A stretch of DNA of 12,951 nucleotides, taken from positions 1 to 12,951 of the forward strand of contig JBQTJP010000286.1 of assembly GCA_052386995.1 (NCBI GenBank), in the 5' to 3' direction. The stretch is from Armatimonadota bacterium (GTDB taxonomy: Bacteria > Sysuimicrobiota > Sysuimicrobiia > Sysuimicrobiales > Humicultoraceae). Below, one piece after another: positions 1 through 7,221 of this stretch (position 1 is the first letter of the stretch; the number at the start of each line of letters is the position of its first letter). The notes beneath the pieces are model-generated. The model was not told the origin of the DNA, made no database searches, and was given only the letters and a program-made list of their open reading frames with translations. The position numbers were made by a program, and so were the translations under genes.

Positions 1-126
1 GAGATACGGCTCGGGCAAGCCCTGGCGGCGCGCAATCGTCCGGCTGTGCACCGGTCCTTCGCCGTAGTGCGCGACCAGATCGAGCAGTGCCCGCATGCCG
101 TACTCCGCCCGGGTGGAGACCTTCAT
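1..126 (-). CDS. Rrf2 family transcriptional regulator, CymR/IscR-like (N-terminal 42 codons; runs off the window edge)
   Basis: Not in the ORF track. Manual translation from ATG at 126 gives MKVSTRAEYGMRALLDLVAHYGEGPVHSRTIARRQGLPEPYL, a typical Rrf2 winged-helix N-terminus (compare CymR MKISTKGRYG...HGEGP). Its ATG overlaps the TGA of the upstream JAMM gene (ATGA, 123-126). Confidence 0.9.
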   Translation of the reverse strand, partial: MKVSTRAEYGMRALLDLVAHYGEGPVHSRTIARRQGLPEPYL

Positions 127-539
127 ACGACCGCGAGCTCCTCGTCAAGGATGGCCTGCTCGCCGTTCTGGCCCTTCACGATACGATATGCCCGCACCAG
201 AGGGGCGTTCCGGTCTTGAAGGGAGACGATGACGTAGGCGACATCGGGGTAGTGCGCTTTCCCGACGTCGGTGCGCGACGGATACGGGGCGGAGCGCGTG
301 TGCGAATGGTAAATGCCCAACAGCTCCAGGCCCCTCGCATCGATGTCCTTGAAGAACTGCAACTGCTCGTGGGGGTCCAGGCGGTACGTGAAGGGACTCT
401 GATCGATGTTCCGGCCGCGAAACAGGTGTGCCACGCGCGTGCCGACCCCGGCGAGCAGGCCGCAGCACTCGTTTGGGTATTCCGCCTGCGCGTGCTCGAT
501 CATGGCGTCAACCTGCGCCTGGGACATCTCCAGCACCAT
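123..539 (-). CDS. mec: JAMM/MPN+ (M67) metallopeptidase, Mec-like [CysO]-cysteine peptidase
   Basis: 138 aa with catalytic Glu in YPNECCGLL and JAMM motif YHSHTRSAPYPSRTD (HxH-x7-S-x2-D); lies next to cysteine synthase and a CysO-like domain. Confidence 0.9.
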   Translation of the reverse strand: MVLEMSQAQVDAMIEHAQAEYPNECCGLLAGVGTRVAHLFRGRNIDQSPFTYRLDPHEQLQFFKDIDARGLELLGIYHSHTRSAPYPSRTDVGKAHYPDVAYVIVSLQDRNAPLVRAYRIVKGQNGEQAILDEELAVV

Positions 540-547
540 TCACTTCA

Positions 548-1534
548 TTATATACCAGATACACCAGGGTTCCCCTGGCGGCCTTGCGGAGCCGCCTTCC
601 ATACCCGCGTGGAGAGATACCGGTCGCCGCCGTCGGGGAACACGACGACCACCACCCCCGCGGACAGCTCCCGCGCTACCGCCAGCGCGGCAACGAGGGC
701 CGCGCCCGATGAAGGGCCCGCGAAGACTCCCTCCTCAGCGGCCAAACGGCGGGTCATGACATACGCATCGTCGGTGGCGATCCGGAGGGTGCGATGCGGC
801 ACGCTCGGATCGTAGATTCCCGGCACGATGGCCGTGGGCAGGTGCTTCCATCCCTCGATCCCATGGAATCCATCGTCAGGTTCGGCCGCGATGGTCTCGA
901 TACCGGGTGAGACCTCCCGCAATCGCCGCCCGACGCCGACGAGCGTGCCGCTCGTGCCCACGCCGGCGACGAAGTGCGTGAGCCGCCCGTGTGTCTGCGC
1001 GACGATCTCCGGACCGGTGCCGTCATAATGCGCGCGCCAGTTGCTCGGGTTGTTGTACTGGTCGAGGTAGGCGTAGCGTTCGGGCGTCCGCGCAACGATC
1101 TGCCGGGCCAGAAGGATGGCGCCGTCCGAGCCTTCGAGTGGATCCGAGAACACCAGCTCAGCGCCGTACGCGCGCATGATCCCCTTGCGCTCCTCGCTGG
1201 CATTTCCGGGAAGGACGAGCATGGCGCGGTACCCCTTGACGGATGCGATCATCGCGTACGCAATGCCGGCGTTGCCGCTGGTGGAGTCGAGCAGAATACG
1301 GTCCGGCGTCAGCCTCCCGTCACGCGCGGCGTCCTCGACGATGCGCAACATCGGCCGGTCTTTCACCGAACCGCCGGGATTGAGGCCTTCGAGCTTTGCG
1401 TACAGCTCGACGCCGGGGTGGATGCCGTCGCGGGCCGCAATACGGCGGATTGGCACCAGGGGCGTGTTGCCGATCAGGCTGAGCAGATCCGTCCCGATGG
1501 CGCGTACGGGCCCGGGCACGAACCGGTATGCCAT
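548..1534 (-). CDS. cysM: PLP-dependent cysteine synthase, CysM-like (probable O-phosphoserine sulfhydrylase)
   Basis: IGNTPL, PLP lysine in NPGGSVKDR, DSTSGNAG substrate loop, GVGTSGT phosphate loop, GPSSG and FPDGGDRYLS. Start is ATG 1534 or GTG 1537, overlapping the upstream stop. Confidence 0.88.
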   Translation of the reverse strand: MAYRFVPGPVRAIGTDLLSLIGNTPLVPIRRIAARDGIHPGVELYAKLEGLNPGGSVKDRPMLRIVEDAARDGRLTPDRILLDSTSGNAGIAYAMIASVKGYRAMLVLPGNASEERKGIMRAYGAELVFSDPLEGSDGAILLARQIVARTPERYAYLDQYNNPSNWRAHYDGTGPEIVAQTHGRLTHFVAGVGTSGTLVGVGRRLREVSPGIETIAAEPDDGFHGIEGWKHLPTAIVPGIYDPSVPHRTLRIATDDAYVMTRRLAAEEGVFAGPSSGAALVAALAVARELSAGVVVVVFPDGGDRYLSTRVWKAAPQGRQGNPGVSGI

Positions 1535-2415
1535 CACTCGTCGTAGAGGACCGTCGCCTCGGGGTAGTGCCGCACGCGATGCTCCCGCAGGCGCGCGCGG
1601 ATCAATTCGTCCAGCCGCGCTTGCGTGACCGAAGCGGGCTCGGCTGCGCGCAGGATCGACAGGTCAACGTTTACCCGTAGCGCTCTCAGCGGGACGACGT
1701 GGCGGCTGATCCCGCTCGGCAGTTTCACCGCCAGGCGCGCGATCGTCCGAATATCCTGTTTGGTCGACTTGGGAAAGAGCACGAGGGCGGCGTCTCGGCC
1801 GAACTCATCACCAAGCTCTTCCAGGCTGCTCGCTTCGACACGATAGATTGGCCCGCGGCCTTTGTAGCGGGCAACCATTTCCGCAAGCATCACGACGCGG
1901 TCGGCCAACCCACCTTCCGCTGCCAGGCCGTAGGCGCCCGCCGGGGTGAGCACCCCACAGACGAGCCATCCGTTATCGAGGGCCGCGCGAACACCGTCGG
2001 GCGACATTGCCCGCCATCCGGGGCCGGGGCCTCCGTGCGCTAGAAGCAGATCGCCGTCGGCCAGCACATGCGCCCAGACGTCGAGTGTGACGGCAGGATC
2101 ATCGTAGTCAATGACCTGCACCAGTTGGTGCTGCACGCCGAGTGTGCGCAGCGCGGTGATTCTGTTGGCGCCATCGAGCACCACGTAGCTCCCGGCGTCC
2201 AGCGGCGCCGCCACAGGGGGATTGCGCAGCATGCCTTCGGCCTCGAGGCGCCGGACCAGACGCTCGACGCGCTCGGGATCACTCTCCTCGTGCAGAAGCA
2301 CGGCTTCGACGGACACGATGCAGAGGTCTGGCAGGCGGGGCGCGGGCGAGACCCCGCGGGGCAAAGCCCCGCGGTCCGATACCCGCTTGCGGGTGGGAGC
2401 CCGGCCCGGAGTCAT
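1534..2415 (-). CDS. ParB/Sulfiredoxin-fold protein, SbnI-like putative free L-serine kinase
   Basis: LLHEESDP...LRNPP...YVVLDGANRITAL (ParB/Srx core), W-x-H, and a C-terminal LPSGISRHVVPLRALRVNVDLSIL...VRHYPEATVLYDE that parallels S. aureus SbnI along its length (recalled alignment). No HTH or spreading domain of a true ParB. Start ATG 2415 or GTG 2418 overlaps the CBS stop. Confidence 0.75.
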   Translation of the reverse strand: MTPGRAPTRKRVSDRGALPRGVSPAPRLPDLCIVSVEAVLLHEESDPERVERLVRRLEAEGMLRNPPVAAPLDAGSYVVLDGANRITALRTLGVQHQLVQVIDYDDPAVTLDVWAHVLADGDLLLAHGGPGPGWRAMSPDGVRAALDNGWLVCGVLTPAGAYGLAAEGGLADRVVMLAEMVARYKGRGPIYRVEASSLEELGDEFGRDAALVLFPKSTKQDIRTIARLAVKLPSGISRHVVPLRALRVNVDLSILRAAEPASVTQARLDELIRARLREHRVRHYPEATVLYDE

Positions 2416-4163
2416 CACCCCATCCGGCGGGCCAGGTGATCGATCAGGTCGATCTTGGTCACGATCCCCACGACCGCGCCCTGGCTGACCACGACGACGG
2501 CATTGGCGGTTCCAAAGAGGTCGGCCAGCTCGCCCACGGGTGTATCAGGCGTCACGACCGGCGGCGCCGGTTCGACTAGGGGGGCGATGGGATCGTCGGC
2601 TCCGTGATCGCCGTCGAGCAGATACGTCAGCAGTGCGACCTCGCTGACGAGACCGGCCAGGCGGCCTCCGTCGACCACCGGCAACTGGGAAATGTCGAAG
2701 GATTTCATGCGCGTGACGACTTCGCGCACCGAATCCGTCATCGCCGCGGTGATCACCTCGTCGCCCTTTGTCGCCAGCGCGCCTTTCGCCGCGAGCAGGT
2801 CGGCGACCGAGCCCGCGTCCCTTTCCAGAAATCCGTGCTCTCGCATCCAGTCGTCGGAGAAGACCTTCGAGAGATAGCGCGCGCCGTCATCGGGCAGAAT
2901 GACGACGACGCGGAGACCCTGACCCAGATCCGCGCGCGCACGCAGGTACTTCAGGGCGGCGGCGACCGCGGCGCCGCTGCTCCCGCCGCAGAACAACCCT
3001 TCCTCGCGGACCAGCCGGCGCGTCATCACAAACGCTTCCCGGTCGGTCACCGGAATCACCTGATCGACGACGGAGAAGTCCATCGTCGATGGGAGAAAGT
3101 CTTCGCCGATGCCTTCGATCTTGTAGGTGTGGGCTTCCGGCAGGACCCGCGTCCGGACGTACTCGGTGTACACCGAGCCCACGGGATCGGCGCCGATCAC
3201 GATGACGCCGGGATGACGCTCTTTGAGGTAGCGGCCGGCGCCTGAGATCGTGCCGCCCGTCCCCATGCCGGCCACGAGCACATCCAGCTTCCCGCCGGTC
3301 TGCCGCCAGAGCTCGGGGCCCGTGGTCTCATAGTGCACCTGCGGGTTGATCGGATTGTGGTACTGGCCCGCATAGTACGCGGCGGTTTCCTCGGCGATCC
3401 TCCGGCTGACACTGTAGTACGAGCGCGGATCTTCCGGCGCCACCGCCGTCGGCGTGATGACGACGCGTGCGCCGAAGGCCCGCAGCAGCCGGATCTTCTC
3501 CTCGGACATCTTGTCGGGCATCACGAACACCGTCTGATAGCCGCGCACAGCCGCGGCGATGGCTATGCCGACGCCCGTGTTGCCGCTCGTCGCCTCGACG
3601 ATCGTCCCGCCGGGCCGCAGCGTCCCCCGGCGTTCGGCATCGGCGATCATCGCGATCCCGATGCGGTCCTTGACCGACCCGCCCGGGTTGAGGAATTCGA
3701 GCTTGACGAGCACCTCGGCCCGCACGGTGCGCGCGACGCGGTGGAGCCGGACCAGCGGCGTGCTCCCGATGGCGTCCAGGATCGAGTCAAGGATCGTCTC
3801 GCCGGGTTGTTGGCGCGGCGCGGTGCTGCGCGCCGGACGCCCTCTGGCCGGGCGACCGCCCCGGCTGATGGTCTTGCGTCCTCCTGCCGTCGCGCCCCCG
3901 GCCATCGCGGGAATGATCGATACCTCGTCGCGGTCCTGCAGCGGGGTCTGAAGCCCGGCCAGCGAGCGAATCTCCGCGGCGTTCACGAAGATGTTGACGA
4001 ACGCGCGCACCGCCCCGTGGTCATCGACTACGTAGCCGCGCACCCCAGGATATCGCCTCTCCAGCCCATCGAGGAGATCGGCCACGGATGCGGCCGGCAC
4101 GTCCACGCGGCTCTCACCGCCGGTCAGACGTCGCAGCGGGGCGGGGATGAACGCGGTCGCCAC
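2415..4163 (-). CDS. cbs: Fusion protein: N-terminal CysO/MoaD-like ubiquitin-fold sulfur carrier + linker + cystathionine beta-synthase with C-terminal CBS (Bateman) domain pair, 582 aa
   Basis: GTG at 4163 lies 2 nt after the upstream TAG. Residues 1-90 end in FVNIFVN...VSIIPAMAGG; the PLP core has NPGGSVKDR, EATSGNTG, VMPDKMSEEK, PEDPRSYYSV, GMGTGGT and YLSKVFSDDWM; the regulatory domain has ISQLPVVD and GIVTKIDL. No stop codon between the domains. The 778-aa track ORF is over-extended at its 5' end. Confidence 0.88.
   Translation of the reverse strand: MATAFIPAPLRRLTGGESRVDVPAASVADLLDGLERRYPGVRGYVVDDHGAVRAFVNIFVNAAEIRSLAGLQTPLQDRDEVSIIPAMAGGATAGGRKTISRGGRPARGRPARSTAPRQQPGETILDSILDAIGSTPLVRLHRVARTVRAEVLVKLEFLNPGGSVKDRIGIAMIADAERRGTLRPGGTIVEATSGNTGVGIAIAAAVRGYQTVFVMPDKMSEEKIRLLRAFGARVVITPTAVAPEDPRSYYSVSRRIAEETAAYYAGQYHNPINPQVHYETTGPELWRQTGGKLDVLVAGMGTGGTISGAGRYLKERHPGVIVIGADPVGSVYTEYVRTRVLPEAHTYKIEGIGEDFLPSTMDFSVVDQVIPVTDREAFVMTRRLVREEGLFCGGSSGAAVAAALKYLRARADLGQGLRVVVILPDDGARYLSKVFSDDWMREHGFLERDAGSVADLLAAKGALATKGDEVITAAMTDSVREVVTRMKSFDISQLPVVDGGRLAGLVSEVALLTYLLDGDHGADDPIAPLVEPAPPVVTPDTPVGELADLFGTANAVVVVSQGAVVGIVTKIDLIDHLARRMG
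3894..4163 (-). other. CysO/MoaD/ThiS-family beta-grasp domain (90 aa, ends AMAGG) within the fusion CDS
   Basis: IPAPLRRLTGG, LERRYPG, FVNIFVN and DEVSIIPAMAGG match the CysO/MoaD pattern; the Gly-Gly codons are at 3894-3899. Confidence 0.9.
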
Positions 4164-4165
4164 GG

Positions 4166-5299
4166 CTAGATCCCGGCCAGCGCCTGATCGAGGTCGGCGA
4201 TCAGGTCGTCGACGTGCTCGATGCCGACCGAGAGCCGCAACAGACCGGCATCGATCTGCAGCGGCGATCCGGCCAGCGACGCGTGCGTCATGCTGGCGGG
4301 ATGATCGAGCAGCGACTCGACGCCGCCCAGGCTCTCGGCGAGGATGAATAGCCTGGTCGAGGACGCGACGGCCGCCGCGGCCGGAGCGCCGCCGCGGACG
4401 ATGCACGATACCATGCCGCCGAATCCGGTCATCTGCCGGGCGGCCAGCCCATGCCCGGAATGATCGATCAAGCCGGGGTAGAAGGCCCGCTCGACCTTCT
4501 TGTGCGACGCCAGGAACTGGGCCACCGCGAGACCGTTGGCGCTGTGCTGACGCATGCGAACACCCAGTGTCTTGATGCCCCGCAGGACGAGCCAGCAGTC
4601 GAACGGCCCCGGCACCGCGCCCACGGCATTCTGATGAAACTTCAGCGTTTCCGCCAGGTCGTCGCGGCTCGTGACCAGCGCCCCGCCGATGACGTCGCTG
4701 TGCCCGCCCAGGTACTTGGTTGTCGAGTGCATGACGATATCGGCGCCCCACCGCAGCGGCTGTTGCGCGTACGGCGAGGCGAAGGTGTTGTCGACCGCAA
4801 CGATGGCGCCGCGGCTGCGGGCCATCGCCGAGATCGCCGCGATGTCGAGCACTTTGAGATATGGGTTCGTGGGTGTCTCGATCAGCACGAACCGCGTCTT
4901 TGGCCCAAAGGCGGCTTCGAGAGCCTCCGGCCGGGTCATGTCGACGAACGAACTCTGGAGCCCATAGCGCTTGAGCACGCGTACGAGCAGCCGGTACGTG
5001 CCGCCGTACACGTCGTCGGGCGCCAGGATGTGATCGCCGGGCTCAAGGAGGTAGGTCATCGCGCTGATCGCCGCCATCCCGGAGGCAAACGCCAGCCCGT
5101 GCGTGCCCTCTTCCAGCGACGCCAGCGCCTGCTCGAGGGCTCGCCGCGTGGGATTATCCGTCCGCGAGTAGTCGTAGCCACGGTGCCGGCCGGGTGATTC
5201 CTGCGCGTAGGTCGACGTTTGGTAGATGGGGACGATCACCGCGCCCGTCGTCGGATCCGGCGGCTGACCGTCATGGATGGCCCGCGTCTCGAAGCGCAT
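4166..5299 (-). CDS. metB: Cystathionine gamma-lyase/gamma-synthase (Cys/Met metabolism PLP enzyme); adjacency to CBS favours the lyase role
   Basis: FETRAIH, PIYQTSTY, YSRTDNPT, FASGMAA, YGGT, ETPTNP, DNTFASP, PLP lysine in HSTTKYLGGHSD, AESLGGVESL and RLSVGIE. ATG 5299 is 7 nt after the lipB stop. Symbol is approximate (MetB/MccB family). Confidence 0.9.
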   Translation of the reverse strand: MRFETRAIHDGQPPDPTTGAVIVPIYQTSTYAQESPGRHRGYDYSRTDNPTRRALEQALASLEEGTHGLAFASGMAAISAMTYLLEPGDHILAPDDVYGGTYRLLVRVLKRYGLQSSFVDMTRPEALEAAFGPKTRFVLIETPTNPYLKVLDIAAISAMARSRGAIVAVDNTFASPYAQQPLRWGADIVMHSTTKYLGGHSDVIGGALVTSRDDLAETLKFHQNAVGAVPGPFDCWLVLRGIKTLGVRMRQHSANGLAVAQFLASHKKVERAFYPGLIDHSGHGLAARQMTGFGGMVSCIVRGGAPAAAAVASSTRLFILAESLGGVESLLDHPASMTHASLAGSPLQIDAGLLRLSVGIEHVDDLIADLDQALAGI

Positions 5300-5306
5300 C
5301 CGCCGC

Positions 5307-6020
5307 TCAGCGTGACGCAAGAGATGTCTCCTGCGCGAGGGCGGCCTCTACCGTCGTCCGGTCGATCCGCGTGAGCTCGATCCCAAACGCCTCGGCGAAC
5401 CGACCGGCGTAGACGCGACCGACCTCGGCGAGATCGATGGTGCGCCCCAGCAGCCTGGCCATCGACGTGACCGGCCGTCCGAGCCCGCACGGGTTGATGA
5501 CCGAGAACGCGTCGAGATCGGTGTTGACGTTGAGCGCGAACCCGTGCATGGTCACGCGTCGCTTGACGGCTACGCCCACGGCGGCGACCTTGGCGCCATC
5601 GACCCAGGCGCCCGGAAACCCGCGCTCGCGGCCCGCCGCGATCCCGAACACCTCAAGTGTTGCGATAATCGACGCTTCGAGCGTCCGCATGAACCGGACG
5701 ACGTCCTCGTTGAGTGCCCGCAGGTCGACGATCGGATATCCGACGAGCTGGCCGGGTCCGTGGTAGGTGACGTCCCCGCCGCGCTCGATGTCGAACACGT
5801 CGATGCCCCGCGCGCTCAGAGTCTCAGGGGGGACCACAAGGTTGGCGCGCTTTCCGCTCCTGCCGATGGTGACCACGGGCGCGTGCTCGAGCAGGATGAG
5901 TGTGTCGGGAATCGCCCCGACCTGCCGCGCCTGGAGTATGCCTCGCTGCATCGCCCAGGCCTCGGCGTAAGGGGTCAGCGAGCCGCTGAGGTCTAGGAGC
6001 CGCCCCTGCGCTCGAGCCAT
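5307..6020 (-). CDS. lipB: Lipoyl(octanoyl) transferase LipB
   Basis: LLEHAPVVTIGR, RGGDVTYHGPGQLVGYPI, KVAAVG, TMHGFALNV and INPCG motifs. ATG 6020 has GGAG just upstream and avoids overlap with the ABC ATPase gene. Confidence 0.93.
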   Translation of the reverse strand: MARAQGRLLDLSGSLTPYAEAWAMQRGILQARQVGAIPDTLILLEHAPVVTIGRSGKRANLVVPPETLSARGIDVFDIERGGDVTYHGPGQLVGYPIVDLRALNEDVVRFMRTLEASIIATLEVFGIAAGRERGFPGAWVDGAKVAAVGVAVKRRVTMHGFALNVNTDLDAFSVINPCGLGRPVTSMARLLGRTIDLAEVGRVYAGRFAEAFGIELTRIDRTTVEAALAQETSLASR

Positions 6021-6031
6021 TGCAGGCTCCG

Positions 6032-7135
6032 CTACGGCATCCCGTCGGCGGACACAGCGCGTCCTTCGAAGAAGCACGTAAGCACATGCCCTGGGGCCAG
6101 CGTCACCGCGACACGGGCGCCGGGGTTCAGGCCGGTCGTATGGGGTTGGAGGCTATGCACCTTGCGGCCGGAGGGCAGCTGGACGCAGTAGATCACTTCT
6201 CCGCCCTGGAACAGCCGTCGGAGCACGACCCCGGGGCCTTCGTCGGCGGCCGTGATCTTGACGTCATCGGGTCGAACGAGCACCTCTACAGACGTATCGG
6301 CTGCCAGATGGGCCTTCTGCGGGATCACGCCAATTTCTGTCTCCAATCCCCGGTCGGTCACCGTCGCCGGCACGAAGTCCGCACGGCCGAAGAACCCGGC
6401 CACAAACCGAGTCTGCGGAGCGTAGAAGATGGCCTCGGGCGCGTCCACCTGCTCAAGCCAGCCCTCCCGCATCAGACCGATCCGGTCGCCCATCAACAGG
6501 GCCTCTTCCTGATCGTGTGTCACGAAGATCGCGCTGATCCCAGTTGCTTTCAGGATCGCGCGCACCTCATCGCGGACCTGCGCGCGGAGGTGATCGTCGA
6601 GATTGGAGAAGGGCTCGTCGAGGAGCACCGCGAACGGCCGCGGCGCCAGGGCACGCGCCAGCGCAACGCGCTGCTGCTGCCCGCCGGAAAGCTCATGCGG
6701 ATAGCGCGCGGCGAAATCCCGCATCCCTACGAGTTCCAGTGCCTCGTCGGTGCGCGGGGAACGGTCGAACCAGTTGAGGCAGTGCAGCCCAAACGCCACG
6801 TTCTCGGCCACGGTCAGGTGCGGAAAGAGCGCGTAGTCCTGAAAAACCATGCCTACGCCTCGCGCCTCGGGAGGAACCCAGACACCGCCGCCCGCGACGC
6901 GCCGCCCGGCGATCCAGACCTCGCCACCATCGGGCCGCTCGAATCCCGCGATCAGCCGCAGCGCCGTCGTCTTCCCGCTGCCGCTGGGCCCGAGCAGCGC
7001 CAGGATCTCTCCCTCGGCGACTGCCAGCGACAACCCGTCGACGGCCGGGGGGTCGACACCGTCAAATCGGCGTACCACGTCCCGCAGCACGATCACCGGA
7101 GGTCTCGCGTGCATGTCTGCCATTCCGACTCTCAA
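6032..7135 (-). CDS. fbpC: ABC transporter ATP-binding protein, FbpC/PotA-type (Fe3+ uptake)
   Basis: Walker A GPSGSGKT, Q-loop VFQDYALFPH, LSGGQQQR signature, Walker B LLDEPF, H-loop VTHDQEEA and C-terminal TOBE-like region. Start uncertain (TTG 7135, ATG 7123 or ATG 7114). Confidence 0.9.
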   Translation of the reverse strand: MRVGMADMHARPPVIVLRDVVRRFDGVDPPAVDGLSLAVAEGEILALLGPSGSGKTTALRLIAGFERPDGGEVWIAGRRVAGGGVWVPPEARGVGMVFQDYALFPHLTVAENVAFGLHCLNWFDRSPRTDEALELVGMRDFAARYPHELSGGQQQRVALARALAPRPFAVLLDEPFSNLDDHLRAQVRDEVRAILKATGISAIFVTHDQEEALLMGDRIGLMREGWLEQVDAPEAIFYAPQTRFVAGFFGRADFVPATVTDRGLETEIGVIPQKAHLAADTSVEVLVRPDDVKITAADEGPGVVLRRLFQGGEVIYCVQLPSGRKVHSLQPHTTGLNPGARVAVTLAPGHVLTCFFEGRAVSADGMP

Positions 7136-7221
7136 CCCCTTCTTGTCAGCCGGCCACAGCGGTCCGACCGCACGGGAAGCGTATCAAAGCCTGGCGACCA
7201 CAACAAGAGATCGGGCCGCGG

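Noticed and set aside
1534..2415. Chromosome/plasmid partitioning ParB
   Set aside because: No ParA neighbour, no HTH domain and no parS-like palindrome seen; C-terminal half and context fit an SbnI-like kinase.
548..2415. SbnA/SbnI diaminopropionate or siderophore pathway
   Set aside because: No SbnB (ornithine cyclodeaminase-like) or NIS synthetase in the window; Mec and CysO neighbours point to cysteine synthesis.
123..4163. Anti-phage ubiquitin-like conjugation system (JAB + Ubl, as in CBASS Cap3 or Bil)
   Set aside because: No E2, cyclase or effector gene; the Ubl is CysO-like and all neighbours are sulfur amino-acid enzymes.
4164..4751. N-terminal 196 aa of the 778-aa track ORF (possible larger fusion)
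   Set aside because: Overlaps the cystathionine gamma-lyase gene in another frame and reads as Arg-rich off-frame sequence; the real start is GTG 4163 directly after the CGL stop.
87..5996. Numerous plus-strand ORFs (87-815, 974-1546, 2604-3245, 3333-4169, 4451-5197, 5544-5996 and others)
   Set aside because: All lie opposite well-supported minus-strand genes and are explained by stop-codon scarcity at high GC.
7159..7171. Palindrome GCGGTC-C-GACCGC in the fbpB-fbpC gap
   Set aside because: Short, GC-rich and without a U tract; plausible by chance, so not called as a terminator or operator.
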